From positions 128,001-192,000 of the forward strand of contig CAVRUC010000009.1 in NCBI GenBank assembly GCA_963724295.1: a stretch of DNA of 64,000 bases, written 5' to 3'. A program made the position numbers and the translations under genes. Shown one piece after another: positions 40,551-49,894 of this stretch. Under the pieces are notes generated by a model that had not been told where the DNA came from, made no database searches, and saw only the letters and a program-made list of their open reading frames with translations. The DNA is from an uncultured Chloroflexia bacterium. GTDB lineage: Bacteria; Chloroflexota; Chloroflexia; Thermomicrobiales; UBA6265. The stretch's first letter is position 1; each line of letters starts with the position of its first letter.

Positions 40551-40694
40551 AGTCGGAAGCCGGAAGTCAGAAGTCGGAGGTGGACGATTGTCCTGCCCTA
40601 TCGGCTCTTGGCTATTGGCTGTCGGTTCGTCGCTCTAAGCTAGTTGCGTTCTTCCCGACTCACCGACTTACCGACTTACCGACTTACCGACTCA
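40551..40694. repeat. Cluster of short tandem 7-mer and 8-mer repeats
   Basis: AGTCGGA-like x4 (40551-40578), CTATCGG-like x4 (40598-40625) and CCGACTYA x5 (40655-40694). Confidence 0.8.
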
Positions 40695-41390
40695 TCACTC
40701 CACGTACGCTTCGAGCTCGTCCCGATCGAGGATCGTGATGCGGTGCTGGCGGTCGACCGCGATGTGGCGGCGGCGCGTGAAGCCGACCAGGACCTCGTTG
40801 ACGCGGACCCGCGTGGCCCCGACTAACGCGGCCAGATCGGACTGGGTAATGCGCAGTGGAATGCGCACGCCCCCGTCGGCGACCTCTTCGCCGAGCACAT
40901 CGGCCAGGGCCAGCAGCTGACGGGCGACGCGGCCGTGGACGTCGAGCGTGGCCATCGCTTGCAACTGCGCGTTGGCCAGTCGCAGACGGCGCGCCAGCAA
41001 GCGCAGTAGGTTCTCGGTGATTCCCGGGATGTCGCGGCGAAGCCGCTCGAACGTGCCGCGGTCGACCCAGACGAGCACTGATTGCTCCAATGCGGTGACG
41101 TCGGCCGACCGGGCGGCCCTGTCCGCTAGCGCCAGCTCGCCGACGACCTCTCCCGGTCCGAGCAGCGCCAGGGTCAGCTCCCGGCCATTGCCCTGGATGG
41201 TCGAGACCTTCAGTGTGCCTTCGAGGATGACATAGGCGACCTCGCCCGGCTGATCGGCGGTGAGGATCATCGCGCCCGCGGGGAACTTCGTTCGCCCGAG
41301 GAGATCGTTGATCTGCATGAGCTCGGCGGCGGAGAGCCCCCGAAACAGCTCGAGCTTCCCGAGATCCTTCGCATCAGGGACGCCTGCCAT
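40695..41390 (-). CDS. Crp/Fnr family transcriptional regulator
   Basis: cNMP-binding cassette GELAL..RSADV, RVARQLL, and HTH QSDLAALVGATRVRVN. Confidence 0.93.
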   Translation of the reverse strand: MAGVPDAKDLGKLELFRGLSAAELMQINDLLGRTKFPAGAMILTADQPGEVAYVILEGTLKVSTIQGNGRELTLALLGPGEVVGELALADRAARSADVTALEQSVLVWVDRGTFERLRRDIPGITENLLRLLARRLRLANAQLQAMATLDVHGRVARQLLALADVLGEEVADGGVRIPLRITQSDLAALVGATRVRVNEVLVGFTRRRHIAVDRQHRITILDRDELEAYVE

Positions 41391-41570
41391 CGCTCACTCC
41401 TCCCTTCCGAACGTCGAGCATCACCGTATCATGACCCCGCGTCGCCAGTATCCGCACGCGGATCCAGCCTGAGCTGTGCCGCAATTGACCGTACGAACGT
41501 CAATCGCTTGACGGCGCCGCGTGTCATGAGGTGATGGAATTGGGGCAGTTGGAACGCGGTGCAAACATCA

Positions 41571-41659
41571 TGTCATTCCGAAGACCTTGCAGGAGGAATC
41601 TCGTCGTCGCGGCGCCATTACAACGACCACGACGAGATCCCTCGTGCCTCGGGATGACA
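41571..41659. repeat. Palindromic repeat family, most complete copy
   Basis: tgtcattccga..ggaggaatctcgtcgt ... acgacgagatccctcgtgcctcgggatgaca. Confidence 0.8.
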
Positions 41660-41696
41660 CCGGTGGACTGCGCCGCTCTCGGAAAGGAGATGCGAC

Positions 41697-42260
41697 ATGG
41701 ATGCACGACCCCGGTTTTCCCTGGCGCGGCGACGGGTCCTGGCGGCTGGACTTGGCGCCATGGCCCTCGCCACTATCGGCTCACGCGACGTTTCTGCCCG
41801 TGTCATCCTGCAACGTGGCATGAGCGGCGGCGGCCTGGCCCAGCTCGAGGGCAGCGAGGAGCCGAGACTGGCCAACTTCGGACTCTTCGCCTCCTCGGTG
41901 CAGCTGCCGGAAGGGACGCCGCTGGTGCTGGGCGCCATCCAGTGGCTGGAGGCAGGAACCGATCTGCAGCTGCAGAGTATCGAGGTGACCCAGTGTATCC
42001 CCAGCAACGACCGGGCGAGCGCGGCCGAGGTGCGCGGTCGCATGCAGGTCAACGGGGAGGGTGATTACCCCTTCGTCGTCTGGGCCACCGACGGGGGGCG
42101 GCCCGGCTCGGCGCTCGACCGGATCGAGATCCAGGTCAATACCCCGGCCGCGCGTGAAGGGGCGCAAGGGGAGCCGAGCGACGACACGTTCCTCTATGAA
42201 GCGGCGGGAAACCTGGTGGCCGGGGACTTCCAGTGGGTGATCGCCGACATCGAGGTCTGA
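41697..42260 (+). CDS. Uncharacterised Tat-exported beta-rich protein (paralog of 26728-27312)
   Basis: AAGGAG RBS and ARRRVL leader; QRGMSGGG..ANFGLF..GDYPF..DGGRPGSALD..GDFQ. Confidence 0.8.
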   Translation: MDARPRFSLARRRVLAAGLGAMALATIGSRDVSARVILQRGMSGGGLAQLEGSEEPRLANFGLFASSVQLPEGTPLVLGAIQWLEAGTDLQLQSIEVTQCIPSNDRASAAEVRGRMQVNGEGDYPFVVWATDGGRPGSALDRIEIQVNTPAAREGAQGEPSDDTFLYEAAGNLVAGDFQWVIADIEV

Positions 42261-42319
42261 GCGGCGAACCCTGGCCGAGCTCATGGCAGGGGCACCGGGC
42301 GCGAAGGTATTGAATCGGT

Positions 42320-45241
42320 CTATGCCGCGATCTGGTCCATGACCTGATCGATTGGCATCGCCCTGCCGGACTCCCAGGCGGCGTCAAACGCCTGGTCGCC
42401 CATCGTGCTCCGCAACGACGCGACCGCATCCGCGAGACCCGGTAGCACGAGCTCATCATGGGAGTCGCACACCTGCGATGCCGCTCCGAGAAGCGCGGCC
42501 GCGTCCCCCGCCCGGCCCTCGCCGGCCGCGGCGGCCGCCAGGCCACTCAGGCAGCTCGCGATGCCCTGCTTGTCGCCGACGGAGCGATAGAGGAGGAGTG
42601 CCTCGCGGTACCGGGTTTGGGCAACGCCTTCGTCGCCGTGAAGCCGTGTCAGGGCTGCCAGACCCTCCATCGCGATCGCGGCGTACAGCCGGTTGCCCCC
42701 CTCCAGGGCCAGCGAGTGGCTCTCACGGTACAGCCCCATGGCGGTCTCCGCGTCTCCCAGCAACCCTGCCGTTTCGGCCAGGTTGTTGAGCGTGCTGGCA
42801 ACGCCCTGCCGGTCGCCCACGCTCCGGTGCAATGCCAGGCTTTCGGCCAGCAGCGACTGCGCCCGCTCGTATTCACCCAGGCCCATGGCGGCGGTTCCCA
42901 GATTATTGAGGGCTCGGGCCACATGCGACTCATCGCCCAACGCGCGGAAGAGGGCAAGGCTTCTCGTCCACAACGCCGTCGCTTGATCCAAATCGTGGCG
43001 GGAATGCGCGATCAGCCCGAGATCATTGAGGGCTGTGGCGATGCCGGCCGTGTCTTCCGCCTCCTCGGCGACGGCGAGATTTTCTTCCAGCAGCGCTTGG
43101 GCCCGATCGTAGTCACCCTGGCTGACGGCGGCGACGCCCAGATTGTTCAAGGACCAGGCGACTCCGCGCTGGTCCCCGATTCGCCTCGAAATTTCGAGAC
43201 TCTCCTCATGGAATCGCGTCGCCGTGTCCCAGTCGCCCCGGCTCTCCGCCAGGACACCGGCGCCGTTCAACGCCTTGGCCCGCACCGCGGGCGCCACCGT
43301 AACGGTCCGGGCCAGCAGCGACTCGAGTTGCTGTCGACCCTCGTCGACGTCGCCGCGCAACCACCAGAATCGCCACAGCGCGCCGCCAAGTCGGAGCGCA
43401 TCCTCGATCTGCCCCTCGTCGCGAAGCCACTCGATGGCGGCGCGGAGGTTGGCTTGCTCCCGCTCGAGCGCGTCGAGCCATCGCGTTTGCTCGCGCCCCA
43501 CCAGCAGCTCTTCCGATTCCTCGGCGAGGGCGAGAAAGAACTCCGCGTGGCGTTGCGCAACGTCCTGGCCCTCGGGACTCCCGGCCAGCCGTTCCTTCCC
43601 GAAGTCCCGAATCGTCTGCAACATTCGTATCCGCGGCTCGTCGCCCACGAGCTGAATCAGACTCTTGTCCGCCAGCGACTCGATCAAGTCGAGATCGGCC
43701 ATCTCGTTGAGGGTTTCGGCATCACCCGCGACGGCCGCGGCTGCCTCGAGCGTGGCCCCGCCGGCGAAGACGGAGAGGCGGGTGAAGAGTCGCTGCTCGC
43801 CGGGATCGAGCAGGTCATAGCTCCAGGCGATGGTGTTCCGCATTGTCTGCTGGCGAGCGGGGAGATCGCGCGGCCCGCGATCGAGGACGTCCAGCCGTCG
43901 GTCGAACCGGGCCAGCAAAGCGTCGGGAGAGAGCAGGCGGACTCGCGCGGCGGCGAGCTCAATGGCTAACGGCAGGCCGTCCAGGCGCGAGCAGATCTCG
44001 ACCACGGACGCGGCATTGGCAGCCGTGATCTCGAATCCGGGCTTGACGGACTGGGCGCGGCTGACGAAGAGACGAATTGCCTCCGCGCGCCCGATCTCAT
44101 CGATCGCCGCAGATACTTCTTCGGCACCCATGTCGTCGCTTGTCAGTCTCGGCGGAACCGTCGGCAGCGCCAGGGGCGGAAGCGGCAGCTCCTGTTCACC
44201 CCGCACGCTCAATCGCTCCCGGCTCGTCGCCACCACCCGCAGGCGTGGGCAGCTCGTCAGGAGATCGGCAACCAATGGGGCCGCGCTCATCACCTGCTCG
44301 AAGTTATCGAGCACCAGCAGCAGATGGCGGTCCCGCAGGTGCTCGAAGACGAGATCCCGAGGCGATTCCCCACTCGTGTCGCCGAGGTCGAGCGCAGAGG
44401 CGATGGCCACGGGCACGAGAACGGGATTGGTCACGTCGGCGAGCGGAACGAACGCCGCGCCATCGGTGAGCTCCGCGCCCAGCTCGGCGGCGAGGTGAAG
44501 TGAGAGGCGCGTCTTACCGGCGCCTCCCGGACCGGTCAGCGTCAGCAGGCGCGCGGTCTGAAGATCGCCAGCCGGCTTGCCATCCCCGGCTGCTACAAGC
44601 CCCAACGTGGCGCGGGCCGCGGCGATCTCCCGTTCGCGTCCGATCAGCGGCGTCGCCGGATGCGGCACGTTGTGGAGGAAGCGCTGGGGCGTGCGCAGCG
44701 GCGGAAAATCCGCGGCGAGTCCTGGAGCAACGACCTGGAAGACGCGATCCGCGTCGAGCAGATCCTTGAGCGCATGCGCCCCCAGATCGCGCAGCGTGAT
44801 GCCTAGCGGCAGGCGGTCGCGCGCCAGGTCGCCGGCTGCCCGCGAGACGACGATCTGCTCGCCGTGCGCCGCCGCCAGCAATCGGGCCACGCGATTGAGC
44901 GGTGGCCCGAAATAATCGCCACCGCGGCGTTCCGCCTGGCCAGTGTGAATCGCCATTCGGACTTTCAGGGGAATGGGTGCGTCTGTCGCCTCGCCGGTGA
45001 GAGCCTGCTGACCGACAACCGCCGCCTCGATCGCGACTTCAGGGGCAGGAAATGTGGCGCAGAACGCGTCGCCAACCGTTTTGAAGACAGTTCCCCCCGC
45101 GGATTCGATCGCCGCGTGGAGGAGGGCGTCGTGGCGAGCCAGCGCCACCGACATGGCTCGCGGCTGAGCTTCCCAGAGGCGGGTGCTCCCCTCGACGTCG
45201 GTGAACAGGAAGGTGACGATCTCGGGCTGCTGGTCCGTCAC
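42320..45241 (-). CDS. Class III cyclase - STAND NTPase - TPR protein (paralog 2)
   Basis: FTDVEGST, FKTVGDA and LNRVAR; GPGGAGKT, LDNFE and GLPLAIELAA; TPRs. Confidence 0.93.
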   Translation of the reverse strand: MTDQQPEIVTFLFTDVEGSTRLWEAQPRAMSVALARHDALLHAAIESAGGTVFKTVGDAFCATFPAPEVAIEAAVVGQQALTGEATDAPIPLKVRMAIHTGQAERRGGDYFGPPLNRVARLLAAAHGEQIVVSRAAGDLARDRLPLGITLRDLGAHALKDLLDADRVFQVVAPGLAADFPPLRTPQRFLHNVPHPATPLIGREREIAAARATLGLVAAGDGKPAGDLQTARLLTLTGPGGAGKTRLSLHLAAELGAELTDGAAFVPLADVTNPVLVPVAIASALDLGDTSGESPRDLVFEHLRDRHLLLVLDNFEQVMSAAPLVADLLTSCPRLRVVATSRERLSVRGEQELPLPPLALPTVPPRLTSDDMGAEEVSAAIDEIGRAEAIRLFVSRAQSVKPGFEITAANAASVVEICSRLDGLPLAIELAAARVRLLSPDALLARFDRRLDVLDRGPRDLPARQQTMRNTIAWSYDLLDPGEQRLFTRLSVFAGGATLEAAAAVAGDAETLNEMADLDLIESLADKSLIQLVGDEPRIRMLQTIRDFGKERLAGSPEGQDVAQRHAEFFLALAEESEELLVGREQTRWLDALEREQANLRAAIEWLRDEGQIEDALRLGGALWRFWWLRGDVDEGRQQLESLLARTVTVAPAVRAKALNGAGVLAESRGDWDTATRFHEESLEISRRIGDQRGVAWSLNNLGVAAVSQGDYDRAQALLEENLAVAEEAEDTAGIATALNDLGLIAHSRHDLDQATALWTRSLALFRALGDESHVARALNNLGTAAMGLGEYERAQSLLAESLALHRSVGDRQGVASTLNNLAETAGLLGDAETAMGLYRESHSLALEGGNRLYAAIAMEGLAALTRLHGDEGVAQTRYREALLLYRSVGDKQGIASCLSGLAAAAAGEGRAGDAAALLGAASQVCDSHDELVLPGLADAVASLRSTMGDQAFDAAWESGRAMPIDQVMDQIAA

Positions 45242-45394
45242 GAGCGCCCTTCGTGGTGGGGAGCGGTCCCCGGTCCTCACGAACCGGGCTCGCAGAGAGG
45301 CGGAGCTCGTCGAGCCCGAGTCTCAATCGTACACGGCGCCGCCAGCGGAGAGGATGGACTCCGTCTAGCCAACAGTGTCGCTCCAAGTCAACGG

Positions 45395-45426
45395 TGTCAT
45401 TCCGGGCGCACGAGGAATCTTCGTCG
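45395..45426. repeat. Palindromic repeat family, half copy
   Basis: tgtcattccgggcgcacgaggaatcttcgtcg. Confidence 0.6.
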
Positions 45427-45599
45427 TTCCAGTTGCGGCGGGCGACTGACGAGTGGGAGGATGGTTCTGCCGGCAATCGGCTATCAGCTATCGGCTCTTC
45501 GAACTTCCTGAACTTCTGGGGGTCAGGGAGGCCGGGATGCTCGTCTGTGCTGCTGTCGTACGACTTCCAATCTCTGAGCTGAAACCGCCGAGGGTCGGA

Positions 45600-45873
45600 C
45601 CGTGCTGGCGTGCCCGCCCATGGCGCTTGCGAAACCGGGGACCCCTGCACTGGTGTCGAAGAAGACGTTGTGCCAGCGATCGACGTCGCGGATGTCCGCG
45701 AATGCACGGCGCCGCCGCTCGGCAAACTCCCCGACGGCGATCTCATTCTCAGGGCACGGCGGGTCCCCGTGGGCACACAGCAAAACGCCGACAAGTTCCG
45801 CGCTTGCGCGCGAGCCTCGTCGGCGTCTGCTGTGCCGCCCGCTTCCGGAATCGCTCCCGTCCGCGTTTGGCGT
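45600..45873 (-). ncRNA. Candidate structured non-coding RNA or leader (family not recognised)
   Basis: Lies downstream of TTGACA-N17-TACGTT. Long hairpin at 45772-45836 plus further stems, with no convincing ORF. Confidence 0.35.
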
Positions 45874-45879
45874 ACGGTG

Positions 45880-45908
45880 AACGTACACTCTCCGTGCCCC
45901 GTTGTCAA
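45880..45908 (-). promoter_or_regulatory. Putative sigma70-type promoter
   Basis: TTGACA-N17-TACGTT on the minus strand. Confidence 0.6.
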
Positions 45909-45981
45909 TACCCCAGCCAAACGTTTCAGTGAACCAGGTTGAAAGCGGCAAGTTCGCGAGTGTCTACTCACCGTCGGACCT

Positions 45982-46284
45982 CTATCCGACGATTGTGTAA
46001 AACTCGCGGCTGCCCGACTCGACCAGCGGCACCATCCGGCTGAACCACTCTTCCATCCAGGGTTGCTCCATCGCCTCACGGAACCCGCTTTCCCAGGCAG
46101 AGAAACTCTCCACCTCGGTCTCGGTGACCACGGTGAAGAAGGGCCCGGAAGCATCGGTGAGGATCCGGAACTGCGGTGACAATTCGCCCGCATCTCGCAT
46201 CCGCTGGTTGAGCTCCTGAAAAAGGGTAACCAACTCGTCGCCGCGACCGTACTTCGCCTGGAAAACCTGACGCACAAGCAACAT
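45982..46284 (-). CDS. Small dimeric alpha/beta-barrel (NIPSNAP-like) hypothetical protein
   Basis: GGAGG RBS; VRQVFQAKYGRG..RILTDASGPFFTVV..SGSREFY. Confidence 0.75.
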   Translation of the reverse strand: MLLVRQVFQAKYGRGDELVTLFQELNQRMRDAGELSPQFRILTDASGPFFTVVTETEVESFSAWESGFREAMEQPWMEEWFSRMVPLVESGSREFYTIVG

Positions 46285-46347
46285 CGAAGACCTCCTGCGC
46301 GATGGATCCCGACTACCATCTGAGCGACATTTTCCTGTCGTGGCCGC

Positions 46348-46375
46348 AGCCTAGCATTGCAGATTCTGGCGTCAA
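46348..46375 (-). promoter_or_regulatory. Putative sigma70-type promoter
   Basis: TTGACG-N16-TAGGCT upstream of the 46284 start. Confidence 0.45.
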
Positions 46376-46555
46376 GCAAAGCGAACGTGCTACGCCCGCG
46401 TAATCGGCCAACGCGTAACAGTTGTCAACCACGATCGTCGGCCGCAAGAATGGTCACGCCGCCGCCTCGTCGACCAAGTGGCGAGGCAACTGTTTCTCGG
46501 CCGCGGTGACCGAAGCAATCGTCGTATTGATAAGCCAGGCCGTAGGAGGCACCGA

Positions 46556-47500
46556 TTGGTAGAGACCGAGTCGCTCCGGTCCAGTGGCGACCTCGTGGTC
46601 GGCGTCGATATCGGCGGAACAAAGACCGCACTGCTGGCGTGGGATCTCACGACCCGTGCAGTCCTGGCGCAGGATGTCTTTCCAACTCCCACCGAGATCG
46701 GACCAGAAGCCATGGTCGATCGTCTGGTGGCGGCCATCGATGCTCTGCTTTCGCAATGCGGGCAGGAGCGAGCGAATCTGCGCGGGCTCGGGGTTGCGGT
46801 TCCCGGTCTGGTCGACGCCGAGGCCGGGATCGTCCTCACTGCTGGAAATCTGAATGGCTGGTCCCGGGTGCCGCTGCGCGATCTCCTCGCAGTTCGGCTT
46901 AAGATCCCGGTGGCCATCGAGCACGACGCCAACGCCGCGGCGCTCGGCGAACGCTGGCGCGGCGCGGCGCGAGAGCTTGAGAGCTTTGCCTTCGTCGCCC
47001 TCGGCACCGGCATCGGGGTGGGCATCATCGTCGACGGGCAGCTCTATCGCGGCGCGCACCACGCCGCGGGCGAGCTCGGTGATCTGGTCGTGGGGCGGGA
47101 GTATCTCGGGCAGGAGCGCGGCGGCCAGGGGAACCTGGCGCAGTTGATCGGCGGCAAGTCACTTCGCCGCCGCGCCAAGCAAGCCACCGGCGATGACCTG
47201 AGCGCCGCCGAGGTCATCTCCGAGGCAGAAAGCGATCCGGAGCTAGCGGCGATGGCCGATGAGGTAGACGACTATCTGGCGATGGCCATCATCGCCATCG
47301 CCGCGTTGCTCGATCCGGAGGCCATCATTGTCGGCGGCGGCACCGCCGAGGCTGGAGAAGATCTGCTCGACCCCGTGCGCGAGCGGGTTGCCCGTGAGGT
47401 CCCGGCCCTCCCGCTCATCATCGCCTCGGCTCTCGGCTCGGAAGCGCAACTCTACGGAGCCGTGTTCGCCGCGCTGCAAAACGTCGGAACGCCGGGCTGA
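46556..47500 (+). CDS. ROK family protein (sugar-kinase-like, no HTH)
   Basis: GVDIGGTK, EHDANAAALGE, GTGIGVG and IIVGGG. AGGAGG RBS precedes a TTG start. Confidence 0.9.
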   Translation: MVETESLRSSGDLVVGVDIGGTKTALLAWDLTTRAVLAQDVFPTPTEIGPEAMVDRLVAAIDALLSQCGQERANLRGLGVAVPGLVDAEAGIVLTAGNLNGWSRVPLRDLLAVRLKIPVAIEHDANAAALGERWRGAARELESFAFVALGTGIGVGIIVDGQLYRGAHHAAGELGDLVVGREYLGQERGGQGNLAQLIGGKSLRRRAKQATGDDLSAAEVISEAESDPELAAMADEVDDYLAMAIIAIAALLDPEAIIVGGGTAEAGEDLLDPVRERVAREVPALPLIIASALGSEAQLYGAVFAALQNVGTPG

Positions 47501-47536
47501 GGAAGGCAGGACCGCCTTTCGGTTCCAGCGCAAGGC

Positions 47537-47944
47537 TTACTGACAGGCCCACTCATCCTTGCGGCCATGCTTCCACATCCACCCGGTGGCCAGTGCCTGG
47601 GCTTTCGGATCGTAGATATTGCGGTCCCCATAGGGCGTCGTTTTCCAGGTCGATTTGAGAAACTGAAAGAGACCGTAGTACGGACCCCTTCGGTTGAGCG
47701 CGCACGGATCGAGACCTGATTCACACCGCGCCACACGGATCATCACTTGCTCGGATTGCTTGTATTTGCGCGCCGCCCTCTTGATGTAGCGGAGAATCTC
47801 TTTTTCACTGTATCGGTTGCGGCAGCGGTTCCCTGCCTCGACCCTTGACGGCGCCGCCACGGCAATCAACGTGGTAAATGCCAGGCGACGTGACCGTGCC
47901 TGCGTCAGCGCGCGCGAAACCATTTTCACTGTCTTGGGAGGCAT
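47537..47944 (-). CDS. Rpf/lysozyme-like transglycosylase domain protein
   Basis: RVARCESG (catalytic Glu), YGLFQFLKSTW and C-terminal EWAC. Start uncertain. Confidence 0.75.
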   Translation of the reverse strand: MPPKTVKMVSRALTQARSRRLAFTTLIAVAAPSRVEAGNRCRNRYSEKEILRYIKRAARKYKQSEQVMIRVARCESGLDPCALNRRGPYYGLFQFLKSTWKTTPYGDRNIYDPKAQALATGWMWKHGRKDEWACQ

Positions 47945-48003
47945 GCCCGTCGTCTCCGTCTGCGGCAGCTTCACGCGGGGCGATGCGTCGCTGCCATGAC
48001 CAG

Positions 48004-48678
48004 TCACGTACGGGGCACATGGAGAGTATAGCGACGAGCGCCGCACCCGGCACGACGACCGTCGGTGGTCCTGTCGAGTAGCGATGATCCACCTGACGCA
48101 ATATCGCCCTGCAATGTGCCGACGCATCCTACCCAGCCCGGTGGGCACGACTCGTTCGCCTGCGATCCAGTCGAGGACCGCGGCCGTGAGGTCGGGCAGG
48201 GCAAGAGGCAGCTTACGGACTGACAGCGGCCCTGTACGCAGCCGTAGCCGAAGTACGGGCAGTCCTCGTCCGTTTTGCACGTGAAGACACTGAACTGGCA
48301 CCCCGGCAGAGCTATGCAGTGCTGACCGGTCGGGCATCTTGTGGTGCTGGAGCAGAGAGTCCCGCTTCTCCCCGTCTTGGCGACGCACAAGCCTTTGCCG
48401 CTGGCGGTCTTCCCGCAGAAACAGTCGGAGTTGTCATGGCAGGGGAAGTCGGCGTTGTTGACGTTGTCGCAGGTTCGGGCGCAGTGGCAATTCCCCTGCT
48501 CCAGGGGGACACCGCCCTTCACTCGACACCGGCGGCGCGCTCTGCGAGTCAGCGCCTTCGCGCGGCCGGATACATCTGTCGCGAGGACAGTCGGGATCAA
48601 TGCTGTCAGCACTCGCCTCCGCGACCCACTCCCGGCACCAAGCAATTTAGTTAGATTGTCGAAGCGATGCTCATCCAT
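48004..48678 (-). CDS. Tat-exported cysteine-rich protein
   Basis: MDEHRFDNLTK..SRRRVL leader and Cys-dense body. The 3' end may be shortened by an indel. Confidence 0.7.
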   Translation of the reverse strand: MDEHRFDNLTKLLGAGSGSRRRVLTALIPTVLATDVSGRAKALTRRARRRCRVKGGVPLEQGNCHCARTCDNVNNADFPCHDNSDCFCGKTASGKGLCVAKTGRSGTLCSSTTRCPTGQHCIALPGCQFSVFTCKTDEDCPYFGYGCVQGRCQSVSCLLPCPTSRPRSSTGSQANESCPPGWVGCVGTLQGDIASGGSSLLDRTTDGRRAGCGARRYTLHVPRT

Positions 48679-48834
48679 TGCGGTGTCTCCGTCCTGCGCA
48701 ACGTTGCCCTCGATCCGGATGCCAACAGGATCGCCTGTGAGGTACTGCCGGTCCATGTCCTCCCGCCAGTGCCCGCAATCCTGAGCCACTCTGACATCGC
48801 CGCTGATCAGAACGCATGGGCGTGGGCAGGACGC

Positions 48835-49633
48835 TCAACCGCTCGGGTCGTTAACGCAGCCCGCTGGGCCACACGATTGACCGGATGCGCAGCATTGTGT
48901 GCCGTTACAGGGTGGTTGATTGTCGGCGCAGACGCATTTGCCCGCGACGCAGTTCGCCGTGTTTGGACAGCAGACGCCGTTGCACGGTGGTTCACCGTTG
49001 CCGCAGGGGGCGGCGCACCGCCCATCGGCCCCACAGTGGAGGCTGCAGCACTGCGCGTGGCGTACGCACCCACCGTTGGAGGCTGTGCAACCGCACTTGC
49101 TGTTCTGCCCACACACGGTAGTGCAGCACTGCTCGTTGGCCGTGCATGCCTCGTTGTCCCCATGACAGACGCACTCAGTGTCGCTGCCACTTCCGGTGCA
49201 CGAGGCGGACGAGCCAGCGCAGCACGTGCAGCCGAGGGTGCATCTCGGGGCAAAGCAGGTGCCGCAATGCGTCGGGCTGACGTCCCCGCCACAGCCAGAG
49301 CTGGTGACGCAGCGCCCGCCGCAGGGGATCATGTTTTCCGCACACCCCCGGCACTTGCGCTTGTTACGGTTGCAGCTACCCGAAGCACACTGGCGGTTGC
49401 GCCGGCATTTCCCGCCTGTGGGCCGTCGGCAAGTACGCGAGCTGGCAGACCGCGTCACGGCAGGCGGCGCAATCTCCGTCCGTGAGGCAGGTATCGGGGC
49501 AAGCTGCCGCGTGTCCACGGACCACGCCGACGGCATCCGCGCTGAACGCGGCAACGAGGGTCTGCAGGATGCGGCGGCGGGAGGGACTCGGAGAGAGTGC
49601 GCGAGTCAGAGTGTCAAAGCGCGAGCCATCCAT
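48835..49633 (-). CDS. Tat-exported cysteine-rich repeat protein; frameshift near 49435
   Basis: MDGSRFDTLTR..SRRRIL leader. C-x5-CC-x3-C knottin-like units and PCNGxCC repeats follow in the second frame. Confidence 0.75.
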
Positions 49634-49894
49634 AGAAAGCACCTCAGCACGTGAGGTAATCGGCACAACGCACTGCAGGGGAGCGGTTACGCCGGTGCCA
49701 CTATACGCCCGGTCCGGGGCGCTGCCCAGCGGTTAGCGGACTCCAGCTCGTGGCTGACAGCGGTCTGACGCCCGAAAACGCCTACCGCTTGACGCGCACG
49801 ACGTGGTCGCCCTACGCCAGAGGGAGTGCGCGCGTTTGCTCACGCCCCGAGGCGTGAGCCGGTAGCGGCTGCAGCTCCCGATCATGGATGCCGG

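Noticed and set aside
40551..40694. CRISPR array
   Set aside because: The units are 7-8 bp with no unique spacers, and there are no cas genes in the window.
45039..46379. 446-aa minus-strand ORF and the overlapping ORFs at 45453-45951
   Set aside because: They overlap real genes in other frames, have low-complexity Arg/Ser/Pro composition and no RBS or motif. The region is better explained as non-coding.
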